Position numbers and translations under genes: made by a program. A stretch of 64,000 nt of DNA, taken from Candidatus Eiseniibacteriota bacterium (GTDB taxonomy: Bacteria > Eisenbacteria > RBG-16-71-46 > JABDJR01). Of the stretch, positions 18,670 through 30,255 are shown piece by piece (position 1 is the first letter of the stretch; each line of letters starts with the position of its first letter). The notes beneath the pieces were generated by a model that did not search any database, was not told where the DNA came from, and saw only the letters and a program-made list of their open reading frames with translations. The stretch is from assembly GCA_963762255.1 (NCBI GenBank), contig CAVXKA010000002.1, positions 288,001 through 352,000 of the forward strand, given 5' to 3'.

Positions 18670-21280
18670 CTAGAAGATTCTTCCGAACTGGATATGCGCC
18701 TTCCCTCCCCGGCCGTCGTAACGTCCGGTTCCGCGATCCAGTCGGTCAAAACCGTATCCGTAGTCGAAGCCGATCAGGCCGAGGAGCGGAACCTCCATGC
18801 GGAGCCCCACCCCCACACTCCTGTGGATGGAGTCCCACCGGAAATCCCGGATCCCCCCCCAGGTTCCTCCCCAATCGGTGAAGAGCAGGCCGTGCAGCGG
18901 CTCCGCGATGGGGAACTGCCACTCGAGGGTGAAGGCCATCATGTACTTCCCGCCCGGGTAGTAGACCGTGCTCGGAGACACCGCGTACGTGGTGTCGTAG
19001 ACGGCGGCGCTGTCGGCGCCGCTGCGCTCGATGTAGCGCTGCACGAGGAAGCGGCGCGTCACGCTGTCGTTGGGAACGATCTCGTAGTCGTCATAGCCGC
19101 GCAACGCATCGTACGTCGTTCCGCCCATCCGGAAGAGCTCGTTGCTCTCGGGGGCGAACCGCAGGATGTGACGTGGAACCGGCAGATCGACCGTGCCCCC
19201 GGTGCCCAAATCGACGCTGGAGTAGGTCGCCCCCGGCGGAATGGCCGATTCCACCAGATACTCGTCGGGAAGGAGCGGAGTATCGCGAAACGCCTCTCCT
19301 ACCGCGCCCACGCGAAGCCGGGGCATGAGAATCGGCTTCCAGCCCCTGAGATGGACCGTAGACAGATACCGGGACACGTCGAGCTGATACTTCTGATAGA
19401 CCTGATCGCCCCCCAGCGGCCCCCCCGAGAACTCGGTGCTGAGGCTGGCCGAAGAGCCCACCGTGGGATAGATCGGATGGTCGGTGCTATTGCGGATGAG
19501 GCTCAGCGTGAAACGGGACGTGAGCGCCGTTTCCTGACTCAGGCGGAATCCGGTCAGGAAGGAACTGGTGGTGATGGTCGAACTGGTGTCGGTGCTCGCC
19601 GTCGAGTTGGTCTCGTCCACCACGGTCTGGTTCTCGAGCCCGTAGCTGGCGAAGAGACGCGTGTAGGCCAACGGCAGAAGACGCCCCAGGCGCACCGCAC
19701 CGCCCACCCGGCGGATCTCGAGATCGAGGTCCGTTCCGCTGTAGATCCGGTTGGTGCTGAAGAAGTCGAGACCAACCGAAGTGGGGCTCCCGCGGAACCA
19801 GGGCTCGGTGAAGGAGAGCTCGGCGTTGTTGCGCTGACTCCCCCGCTCCATGCGGAGGTTCATGCTCTGGCCGTTGCCGAACAGGTTGGGGTGGCCCAGT
19901 TCCATGAACCCGGTCAGCCCCACCGCGCTGGAGAAGCCGAAACCGGCGGACGCGGTCCCCACCTGCTTCTCCTCCATCTCGAAGGTGATGTCGATGTCGT
20001 TGGAGTTGAGCACCGGTTTGGAGGTCGGGACCACGTTCGTGAAGAAGCCGAGCTGCTGCAGCTCGCGCTGACTGCGCACGAGCGCGTTGCGCCGGAAGAG
20101 ATCGCCGGGACGGATGGCGAGCTGGCGGCGGATCACCCGCTCCTTGGTGCGTGTGTTCCCGGTGATGAGCACGTCGCGCACGTGGGACGGCTCCCCCTCG
20201 GTTACCTTGAAGCGGATGGACACCGTGGAGTCGGCGGAGGTGAAATCGGGCTGCACGTTCAGGTAGATGTAGCCCTGCTCGGCATAGGCGCCGTACGCCT
20301 CTTCCAGCGTCTTCTCGACCTTCTCCTGGTTGAAGACGGCGCCGGTTTCCACCCGGGTCACCGCGTAGAGGGCGCGCGTGGAGAGAACCTTGTTCCCCTC
20401 CCACGTGACGTCCCCCACCGTGTAGCGGGCACCTTCGCTCACCTTGATCTCGACGATCACCCGATCCTCGCGCGAGCCGGGGATCACCTCGTACCCTTCC
20501 ACCTTGCCGTCACGGAATCCGCGCTTGGCCATCTCGGCCTCAATGCGAGGCGGGTCCTCGGCGAGGACCTCCGGCTTGTAGACGCCGCCCCGGAGGAACC
20601 CCTTCGTCCCCTGCTCCATCGCTCCGCGCAGGTCGTCCGACTCGAGTCGGGCGAGCCCCAGGAAGCGCACCGCTTCCACGCGCACCTTGGGTCCCTCGGT
20701 GACCTCCACCAGCAGGATGCGGCGCGTCTCCGAGTCGCCGGCGAGATAGCGCGGCTTCGCCTCGGCGCGCGAGTACCCCTTCTGCTCGTAGAGTTGAACG
20801 ACCTTGCGGGCCACCCGGGACAGGGTGCGGTCGTCGGCCATCCGGCCGATCAGCGTGCCGAGGCCCTCCAGCAGATCCTTGTCCTTGATTTCCTTGTTGC
20901 CCGCGAACTCGATCGTCCCGACGCGCGGGATTTCCACGACCCGCACTTCGAGCGCGAGACCGCCGGGCACGGGGCTCCCCTCCACGGCGACGTCGCTGAA
21001 GAAGCCGAGGTCATAGAGGCGTCGGATTCCCCTCCGCACCGCGTCGGTCGAATACCGCGATCCCACCGGGAGGCCGAACGCGCGCAGGATGAGTTCCCCA
21101 TCCACGGTGACGTTGCCGCCCACCTGGATGGAAGCGACGGTATCGGCGGCGGCCGTTGTCGTCTGGGCCCGCCCCACGGGGGGCGTGGTTTGGGCCCGCC
21201 CCACGGCGGGCCCGATGGCCACGGAGATCCACATCAATAGGAGGGAGAAGGCGAAGACGCGGCTCCCCCCCGGAAGCCGA

Positions 21281-21288
<8 letters not shown>
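18670..21288 (-). CDS. bamA: Outer membrane protein assembly factor BamA
   Basis: Signal peptide, five POTRA repeats (e.g. GNTRTKERVIRR), HPNLFGNGQ, LRGY motif, C-terminal Phe. Confidence 0.95.
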
Positions 21289-23746
<2,458 letters not shown>

Positions 23747-23757
23747 GCGGTCGCCTC

Positions 23758-24900
23758 CTAGTCCGGCCCCGGCGAGGGGTGTTGCGCTGAAGTACCCGAT
23801 CCGCCGCCCAAGGGTTCCCGTCCCCCTCCGGCCAGACGGGCGCGCACGTAGTCCGCGCGCAGCCGCCGCCGCTCCTCCTGATCCAACTCGCGCGCCGCTC
23901 GGCCGCGAATGTGGCCGGGCTGCGAAAAGACGAGGATCTCGTTCAACGCGGCCAGCGGGCAGAGGCCCTCGAGTTCGAGAGCGATGCCGAAACGGACCGC
24001 CGAGGCCAGGCTCACCACCTCCTCGGCGGAGATGGAGCGCGCGTTCTGCAGGGTGCCGTACGCGCGGTAGATCTTGTCCTCGAGCTGGAGCCGCGCACCG
24101 CCCCAGATCACGTCGCGCGCCTCCTCTTCGAAGCCGATGATGCGCCGGACCACCTGCTCCAGACGACCGGTGATGTCGTGCTCGTTCTTGCCGAGCGTGG
24201 TCTGGTTCGAGATCTGGAAGAAATTGCCGCGCACCTCGGTGCCCTCGCCGTAGAACCCGCGCACCGCGAATCCCATGGAGGTCACGCCGTTGATCACCTT
24301 CTTGGCCCGCTTGGTGAGGATGAGCGCGGGCAGGTGCGCGAGCACGGAGACGCGAATGCCGGTCCCCGCGTTGGTCGGGCACGCGGTCAGATAGCCAAGC
24401 TGATCGTCGAACGCGTAGTCGAGGCTGGCGTCGAGAAAGTCGTCCACCTCGTTGAGCCGGTCGAGGGTCTCGCCGAGGCGCAGCCCGGAGGCCACGCTCT
24501 GGAGCCGAAGGTGATCCTCCTCGTTGACCATGATCGTGAGGCGTTCGCCGTCCCCCACCAGCACGCCGCGGTGACGCCCGCCGCGGACGAGATCGCGGCT
24601 CACCAGCCGCCGCTCCACCAGAATCTCCAGATCCTCCTCGGCCATCTCGTCCAGCGCCAGGTAGGGGGCGCCGTGCAAGACCGCGAGATCCTCCGCTGCC
24701 CGCCGCACGCGCCCCACCACCGAGCGCTGCTGCTCGGGGGTCGTGCGCGCGGGGAAAGGCATCGCGGCGAGGTTGCGCGCGAAACGGGTGCGCGAGGAAA
24801 GAATGGTGTGGTCGACCGGACCCGCTTCCACCGCCCATGCGGGGGCCTGCATCAGGAGACCGCGCAGAACGGCGGCGCCGTTCCTTCCGTTTCCGGTCAT
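23758..24900 (-). CDS. mcsB: Protein-arginine kinase
   Basis: SSRTRFARN, MVNEEDHLR, GYLTACPTNAGTG, VRGFYGEG, FFQISNQTTLG. Confidence 0.95.
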   Translation of the reverse strand: MTGNGRNGAAVLRGLLMQAPAWAVEAGPVDHTILSSRTRFARNLAAMPFPARTTPEQQRSVVGRVRRAAEDLAVLHGAPYLALDEMAEEDLEILVERRLVSRDLVRGGRHRGVLVGDGERLTIMVNEEDHLRLQSVASGLRLGETLDRLNEVDDFLDASLDYAFDDQLGYLTACPTNAGTGIRVSVLAHLPALILTKRAKKVINGVTSMGFAVRGFYGEGTEVRGNFFQISNQTTLGKNEHDITGRLEQVVRRIIGFEEEARDVIWGGARLQLEDKIYRAYGTLQNARSISAEEVVSLASAVRFGIALELEGLCPLAALNEILVFSQPGHIRGRAARELDQEERRRLRADYVRARLAGGGREPLGGGSGTSAQHPSPGPD

Positions 24901-25439
24901 GCGCCTCGCCTCTCCCCGGCCTGGCCCGCAGTTTCCATATCGCGAATGCGGTCGCGCAGCTCGGCCGCGCGCTCGTAGTCCTCGGCAAACACCGCGCGCT
25001 CGAGCTCTTCATTGAGGCGGCGCAGTTGGGCGGCTCGCTCGTAGCTCTTTCCCTCGCGCGTGGGGCGCTTGCCCGCGTGCTTCGTGCTGCCGTGCAGGCG
25101 GCGCAGGAGCGGTTCGAGCTCGGCGGAGAAGGTCTGGTAGCAGCGCGCGCACCCGAGTCGGCCGGTCTCGCGGAACTGCGTGTAGGTGAGGCCGCAACCG
25201 GGGCAGGCGCCCTCGGTGCCCTTCACCTCACCAAGACTCTTGAACAGCACCGAGACCGGGTCCGCCTTGAACTCCACCGTTCCGGAAGCCCCGGCTTCCA
25301 CCCCCTGCTCGCGCGCGCAGGAGACGCAGAGGTGGAAGATTTCCTCTTCCCCTTCGGCGACACGCCGCACGTGGACGGTGGCGGGTTCCTTCCCGCACCG
25401 TTCGCAGGTGGTGGGATCCTTCTCTTCGTGCTCGTTCAT
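24897..25439 (-). CDS. mcsA: McsB activator (Zn-finger + UVR domain)
   Basis: CxxC motifs (CERC, CVSC, CPGC, CARC), GRLGC, EDYERAAELRDRI. Confidence 0.93.
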   Translation of the reverse strand: MNEHEEKDPTTCERCGKEPATVHVRRVAEGEEEIFHLCVSCAREQGVEAGASGTVEFKADPVSVLFKSLGEVKGTEGACPGCGLTYTQFRETGRLGCARCYQTFSAELEPLLRRLHGSTKHAGKRPTREGKSYERAAQLRRLNEELERAVFAEDYERAAELRDRIRDMETAGQAGERRGA

Positions 25440-25470
25440 GAAACCCTTGTTTTCCTTGCCCCCGCGCGGT

Positions 25471-26172
25471 TTACCCGATTATCGGCCCGGCCTTTGCCGG
25501 ATGGAGACGGCCACCTTCCAAACGGTACACCTCATCCGCGCGACCGGCCAGCCGGTCATCGTGGGTGGCCACGATCGCGGTCTGTCCGCGCTCCCGCACG
25601 AGGTGCTCCAGAAGCTCTTGCAGCTCGTCGCTGTTCGAGCGATCGAGGTTGCCCGAGGGCTCGTCGGCCAGGAGCACGATCGGCTCGTTCATGAGCGCAC
25701 GGGCCACCGCCACCCGCTGCTGCTCCCCTCCGGAGAGTTCCCCGGGCCGGTGCTCCTTGCGCGCGGCCAGCCCCACCAGGGCCAAGAGCTTAGCCGCTTG
25801 CGCCTGGGCGTCGGCGCGGCCCCGCCCGGCGATGAGACCGGGCATCATCACGTTTTCCAGCGCGTCGAACTCGGGCAGGAGATGATGAAACTGAAACACG
25901 AAACCGATCGACCGGTTGCGGAACTTGGCCAGCTCCCGCGAGGTCAATGCGAAGACGTCTTTGCCACCGAATTTGACCGTGCCGCGGGTCGGGCGGTCGA
26001 GCGTGCCGAGGACGTGGAGCAGGGTGCTTTTTCCCGACCCCGAGGCCCCGGTGATGGCGGTCAGTGCCCCGGCGCGCGGGGTGAAATCGAGCCCGTCCAG
26101 CACGGTCAGGTCGCCGCCCGGGGAGGAATAGACCTTCGCGAGGTTCGCGACCTCGATCACCGGCGCCGGCAT
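25471..26172 (-). CDS. lolD: Lipoprotein-release ABC transporter ATP-binding protein
   Basis: GASGSGKS, IGFVFQFHHLL, LSGGEQQR, ADEPSGNLD. Confidence 0.9.
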   Translation of the reverse strand: MPAPVIEVANLAKVYSSPGGDLTVLDGLDFTPRAGALTAITGASGSGKSTLLHVLGTLDRPTRGTVKFGGKDVFALTSRELAKFRNRSIGFVFQFHHLLPEFDALENVMMPGLIAGRGRADAQAQAAKLLALVGLAARKEHRPGELSGGEQQRVAVARALMNEPIVLLADEPSGNLDRSNSDELQELLEHLVRERGQTAIVATHDDRLAGRADEVYRLEGGRLHPAKAGPIIG

Positions 26173-26203
26173 GGACGGTTCCCCCTACGCAACATGGCCG
26201 ATG

Positions 26204-26232
26204 ATATTAGGTTGGGGTTGGGGGGGTGTCAA
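26204..26232 (-). promoter_or_regulatory. Sigma70-type promoter upstream of lolD
   Basis: Minus strand TTGACA (26232-26227), 17-bp spacer, TAATAT (26209-26204). Confidence 0.7.
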
Positions 26233-28214
26233 ACGGGGGGGGCTTGGTGTCCATGGACGCGGCAGGGGGCCAGCGGTGCTGGGTTATAATCTATGCATCT
26301 CGAAATCATGCTCCGGCTATAGCCGCAGTGCAGGGAAAGGGTGAGGCTCGCTTGCAGGCTCATGGGGTTCTGCGCGCAACGCGGCAGCGCCGCCTATTCA
26401 TCCTCGCGGCGTTGGTCGCTGCACTCCCTGCGGCGGCGGGCGCGAGAGCGGTGCGGGCCCCTCTCGATGAATCCGCACCACTTGGTGAGGAGGACTATTC
26501 AAGCGGCCCGCGCCAGGGAGTCGTCACCACTTCGGCAGCTCCGGCCGACCTTCCGAACCCGCCGCTTCGGCTTCAGTCATTGCTCTCAGGCAGCTGGACC
26601 CCCGAGCGGGAGGTTTTCAAGCCCGACGGCTACAACAGTTACGCCTTTGACGCCATTCTTGATTCTCAAGGTCGTTCCTTCATCGTCTTCTCCCGTAACG
26701 ACCCATCGAGGAGCGGTCAGCCGCTCGTGCTCTTCTGGTCTCGGAACACGGGAAGCGCCTGGACCCAGAAGACGAGGGTGTCTCCCACAGACGATTCGAT
26801 GGTATCCAAACCACGGCTTGCCCGGGGCAGTGATGGTCGTCTGTGGCTCGTGTGGGCGAATGTCACGCTCCGTGGGATTTGGTACGCCGTGCTGGATTCC
26901 ACTCAATGGTCTACACCCGCTCGCGTGAACCCCTCGGATGCATGGAACCAGTACTCCCCAGTCATCGCCGAAGGCGGTGGAGAGTTGTGGTGTACTTGGT
27001 ACGCGTCCACCGCGGGTACCAACAAATACGACGTCTTTGTGTCGCGATGGACGGGGTCCTCCTGGAGCAGCCCTGAGAATCTGACCTACGAGATCCCCGG
27101 ACGGCACTGGTTCGTAGATTTGGCGGTGGACTCACAAGGTCAACCTCACCTCGTCTGGGGCAACTCGGACACAGGCGGCTTGCTCTACACAATGAGGTCG
27201 AACTCGGGGGGGTGGACCGTTCCTGAGCGGATCAACAATGCGCCAACTACTGGATGGCCCTACTGCGGCATCTCGCTTGCCGAAGTCAGCGAGATACATG
27301 TCTTTTGGGTGACATCGACTGAAGATCTAGCCTATCGGCGCCGGTCCTCGGCCGGTAGCTGGGAACCCGAGCAGGTTCCGTACAGCCATTTAGGGTGGGG
27401 AGTCGCATATCCGGACATTAGATCCTTCGATGGGACTGTCTCCATCGTATGGCAGGAGTACACAGGGGTCACCGAGGCAATCTATGAGATGGAGCCCGGC
27501 GATGAAATCCATCGGCTGGACAGCGGCACATGGTTCTATGAGGAGACCCCGGTCCTTCTCGCAGGGCCCGACTCCCTGAGGGTGTTCTGGGCAGTTGGGG
27601 ACCCAGTCTATTCGGGCGTCACATTCCTCTCTTCGACCCGGGCCATTGCTCCCCCTGTGCCCGTCCAGCTCACCTTCGCCTCCATGCGGCGCGAAAACGA
27701 TGGCGTCGTCCTGGAATGGCGGACGAGCGAATCGAATCCAGGCTCATTCTATGTGGACAGAGAACTGCCCGGGCAGCCCCGCGCGCGCATCTCAGATGCA
27801 GTCGACCCGATCGGGGCCGCCTACTCCTGCCTTGATGCCTCCGCCCCGCCGGCGGGCACCAAGTACTACATCGAGCTCCTGGATCGTGCGGGCGGCACGA
27901 CGACCTTCGGTCCGTATGAATTGCTCGACGGGCCAGGCGTCCTAAGCGTGGGCGCACGGCTGACCGCAAGCCCCAACCCATTCCGCGCCGGCGTGAAGCT
28001 CGCAGCCCGCAATCTGCCCCCCGGCGATCTGGTGATCGAGGTCTGCTCCGTCGCCGGTCGGGTCGTTCACCGTGAGCCGGCACTCACCGGCTTCGCCGGC
28101 GGAGATGCGGCGTTCCAGATCGCCGCCCTTGATGCGCTCCCGGCCGGGATGTACTTCGCGCGTGTACGCGTGGGCACGCAGTCTGTGTCGACCAAGCTCG
28201 TGAAGCTGGACTAG
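26226..28214 (+). CDS. Secreted beta-propeller/BNR-like protein with FN3-like and T9SS type-A/FlgD-like C-terminal domains
   Basis: Signal peptide RRLFILAALVAALPAAAGA (true start probably near 26352). Repeated Trp-rich units (GSAWT, QWSTP, SWSSP, GWTVP), PVPVQL..LEWRT, and ASPNPF...VAGRVV...PAGMYFARV...KLVKL. Codon usage is visibly less GC-biased than the flanks. Confidence 0.8.
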   Translation: MSNGGGLVSMDAAGGQRCWVIIYASRNHAPAIAAVQGKGEARLQAHGVLRATRQRRLFILAALVAALPAAAGARAVRAPLDESAPLGEEDYSSGPRQGVVTTSAAPADLPNPPLRLQSLLSGSWTPEREVFKPDGYNSYAFDAILDSQGRSFIVFSRNDPSRSGQPLVLFWSRNTGSAWTQKTRVSPTDDSMVSKPRLARGSDGRLWLVWANVTLRGIWYAVLDSTQWSTPARVNPSDAWNQYSPVIAEGGGELWCTWYASTAGTNKYDVFVSRWTGSSWSSPENLTYEIPGRHWFVDLAVDSQGQPHLVWGNSDTGGLLYTMRSNSGGWTVPERINNAPTTGWPYCGISLAEVSEIHVFWVTSTEDLAYRRRSSAGSWEPEQVPYSHLGWGVAYPDIRSFDGTVSIVWQEYTGVTEAIYEMEPGDEIHRLDSGTWFYEETPVLLAGPDSLRVFWAVGDPVYSGVTFLSSTRAIAPPVPVQLTFASMRRENDGVVLEWRTSESNPGSFYVDRELPGQPRARISDAVDPIGAAYSCLDASAPPAGTKYYIELLDRAGGTTTFGPYELLDGPGVLSVGARLTASPNPFRAGVKLAARNLPPGDLVIEVCSVAGRVVHREPALTGFAGGDAAFQIAALDALPAGMYFARVRVGTQSVSTKLVKLD

Positions 28215-28421
28215 CGTAACGGCCCACCAGCCGCGACTCGCTGACCGCATGATCACCCGGGTGAGCACGGCACCCTTACTGGATGCACAGCGATCTTCAA
28301 TTGGCAGCCTCGGCGTCGCTTCACCTGTCAACTGGCAACACGGCATCGCCACCTCTTTCAGCCGGCAGCCCCAGCTTCTTGGGGCCCGCGAATATTTTCT
28401 TTCGCGTAAATCACTTTTTTG

Positions 28422-28450
28422 TTGACGTATTTGTTGCGACGCGATACGTT
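28422..28450 (+). promoter_or_regulatory. Sigma70-type promoter for the HNH gene
   Basis: TTGACG-17 bp-TACGTT preceded by an AT-rich UP-like tract; GGAGGG RBS before ATG 28501. Confidence 0.7.
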
Positions 28451-28500
28451 CTTCGTACCCACCCACTTCCCCCGTCCTTCCCGTCCACGGAGGGACCGTC

Positions 28501-29847
28501 ATGTCCGCATCAGTCGTTGCGCCTCTTGCGCCCGTGTTGAATTCTGCCCGGCTCGCATCATCATCCGCGCCCCCCCAGCTCACCCGGGTGAGCGGCCAGG
28601 GATCAGCGGAGGTCATTGGACCCGCCGCACCCGATTCACCGCTGCCCGCCTCCGAAGTAGAGGCGCGGCTGCTTGCCGCCCTCCGCGACCTGGACACCGC
28701 CCGCAAGAACGCGGTCATGTGGTTCGCGGAGATCCTCGCCCGCAAGCTCTACCTGGAGTTCGACTGCTCCAGCATCCATCACTACGCTCGCCAGCGGTTG
28801 GGGTTCTCGCGGGCCCGCACCGCCTACTTCCTGCGGCTCTGCCGCTCGTTCGAGCAGCTGCCGGCGTTGCGGGAATCCGTGGCCACCGGCGCTCTGCCCT
28901 GGACCAAGGCCCGCGAGGTGGTGAAGGTGGCGACGCCGGAAACGGAGACGTTTTGGGTCAACCAGGCGCAGACCGTCGGACGGCGGGAGCTGGAGCGTCG
29001 GGTGGCGGCAACGCGGGGCGCCGCGAAGGCTCGGCGTCGGGCGCCGGGGCAGGAAGTGCTGCTGGTGGCAGGCGCTGCGGCGCTGGATCGCGCGACCCCA
29101 GGCGGCTCAGGCGCTGATCCCGTGGGACCGGCGATGGCGGACCCGATCGTGGAGGTCCCCGTCACGGTGTCATTCACTCTGTCCCCCGAGCAGTACGCCC
29201 GCTACGAGGCGATGCTAGAAGCGGCGCGCAGGAACGGCTGCCGCGGCTCGCGGGAAGAGCTCTTCCTCGCCGCCTGGGAGATGCTCACCCGGGCGGATAT
29301 GGCTGGCAGTTGCGACGGATCGCCCGACGCAGCGAGCGAGGGGTTCGCCGTGCGCGCGCAGCGGAGGGGCGCTTCAGCGGGACCCCGACGCGAGCACGCA
29401 CGGCGACCCCAAGCGACGCCGCAGAGCGCAGCCCCCACATCCCCGCGCTATCAGATCGTGATCCGCCAGTGTGAGACCTGTGGCCGCGCGGAGATCGCGA
29501 CGGGGAGGGGGACGATGCCCGTTGCGCCCAAGACGCTGGAGACCGCGCTCTGCGACGCGCGCGTGCATCGCCACGGAGACAAGAACCGCGCAACGATCCC
29601 GCCATCAAGACGGTGGGAAGTACTCGCCCGCGATCATCACCGCTGTCGCACCACAGGCTGTGGGAGCGCGCGATTTCTGGATGTCCACCACATCGTCCCG
29701 CGCGAACACGGCGGCACCAACGATCCGGAGAACCTGATCACCCTGTGCGCGGCCTGCCATCGAATGATCCACGATCGCGCGGATGGTGGCCGCGCGTGGC
29801 CGTTCCATGCCGACACGCGGAACGGACCTCATGTGACAGGTGGGTGA
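28501..29847 (+). CDS. HNH endonuclease with DUF222-like helical N-terminal region
   Basis: C-terminal VLARDHHRCRTTGC...DVHHIVPREHGGTNDPENLITLCAACHRMIH; N-terminal SSIHHYARQRLG..LPALRESVATGALPWTKAREV; additional CETC. Confidence 0.9.
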   Translation: MSASVVAPLAPVLNSARLASSSAPPQLTRVSGQGSAEVIGPAAPDSPLPASEVEARLLAALRDLDTARKNAVMWFAEILARKLYLEFDCSSIHHYARQRLGFSRARTAYFLRLCRSFEQLPALRESVATGALPWTKAREVVKVATPETETFWVNQAQTVGRRELERRVAATRGAAKARRRAPGQEVLLVAGAAALDRATPGGSGADPVGPAMADPIVEVPVTVSFTLSPEQYARYEAMLEAARRNGCRGSREELFLAAWEMLTRADMAGSCDGSPDAASEGFAVRAQRRGASAGPRREHARRPQATPQSAAPTSPRYQIVIRQCETCGRAEIATGRGTMPVAPKTLETALCDARVHRHGDKNRATIPPSRRWEVLARDHHRCRTTGCGSARFLDVHHIVPREHGGTNDPENLITLCAACHRMIHDRADGGRAWPFHADTRNGPHVTGG

Positions 29848-30161
29848 TCACCCGGGTGATCAACTGGGTGATCCTTGCGCCGGGTAGGGCGGGGCCCGTC
29901 GATCGCCCGGATGCGTGGTGCGCGCCCTGAGATGCTCGCGCGGCGCGGCGGAGCCGGATCGCCCCGCGAACGACGAAGGGCCTCTGAGCCGCGGCGGGCG
30001 CGAGGCGGCGCCATGATACAGGGCTTGAACGGCTCGACACCGGGGCGGACGGATGTTTCGTTCACCCGGGTGATCAACTGGGGGATCCTTGCGCTGGGTA
30101 GTGCGGGGGCCGTCGATCGCCCGGATGCGTGGTGTCCAGCTTGAGATGGTCGCGCGGCGCG
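29848..30161. repeat. Two ~100-bp direct repeats, period 214 bp
   Basis: 29848-29947 vs 30062-30161; ungapped manual alignment shows 10 mismatches in 100 nt. Confidence 0.92.
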
Positions 30162-30169
30162 TAGCGGGT

Positions 30170-30234
30170 TCGCGGGTCGGCCGCAGTCCGAAGGGCCGCG
30201 AAGCGGGGGCCCCTTCGGCGAGGACGACCCGCGA
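30170..30234. other. Long GC-rich hairpin between the convergent HNH locus and lolC/E
   Basis: TCGCGGGTCG pairs with CGACCCGCGA; inner CCGAAGGG pairs with CCCTTCGG. Confidence 0.6.
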
Positions 30235-30255
30235 CACGCGAAGCGCCGGGCGCGG

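Larger units (their letters stand above)
28250..30073. repeat. Four dispersed copies of the palindrome TCACCCGGGTGA
   Basis: Copies at 28253-28264, 28580-28591, 29848-29859 and 30062-30073. The palindrome extends to 16 bp at 28578-28593 and 18 bp at 29845-29862. Confidence 0.9.

Noticed and set aside
26227-26233. CtsR box upstream of the mcsAB-clpC operon
   Set aside because: Only one GTCAAA half-site, which is simply the reverse complement of the -35 element; no CIRCE seen either.
28501-29847. IscB/Cas9-like or transposase assignment
   Set aside because: No PLMP or split RuvC motifs and no DDE or HUH motifs; only HNH is visible.
29848-30161. CRISPR array
   Set aside because: Only two units, 100-bp repeats and a 114-bp spacer are far outside CRISPR sizes, and there are no cas genes.
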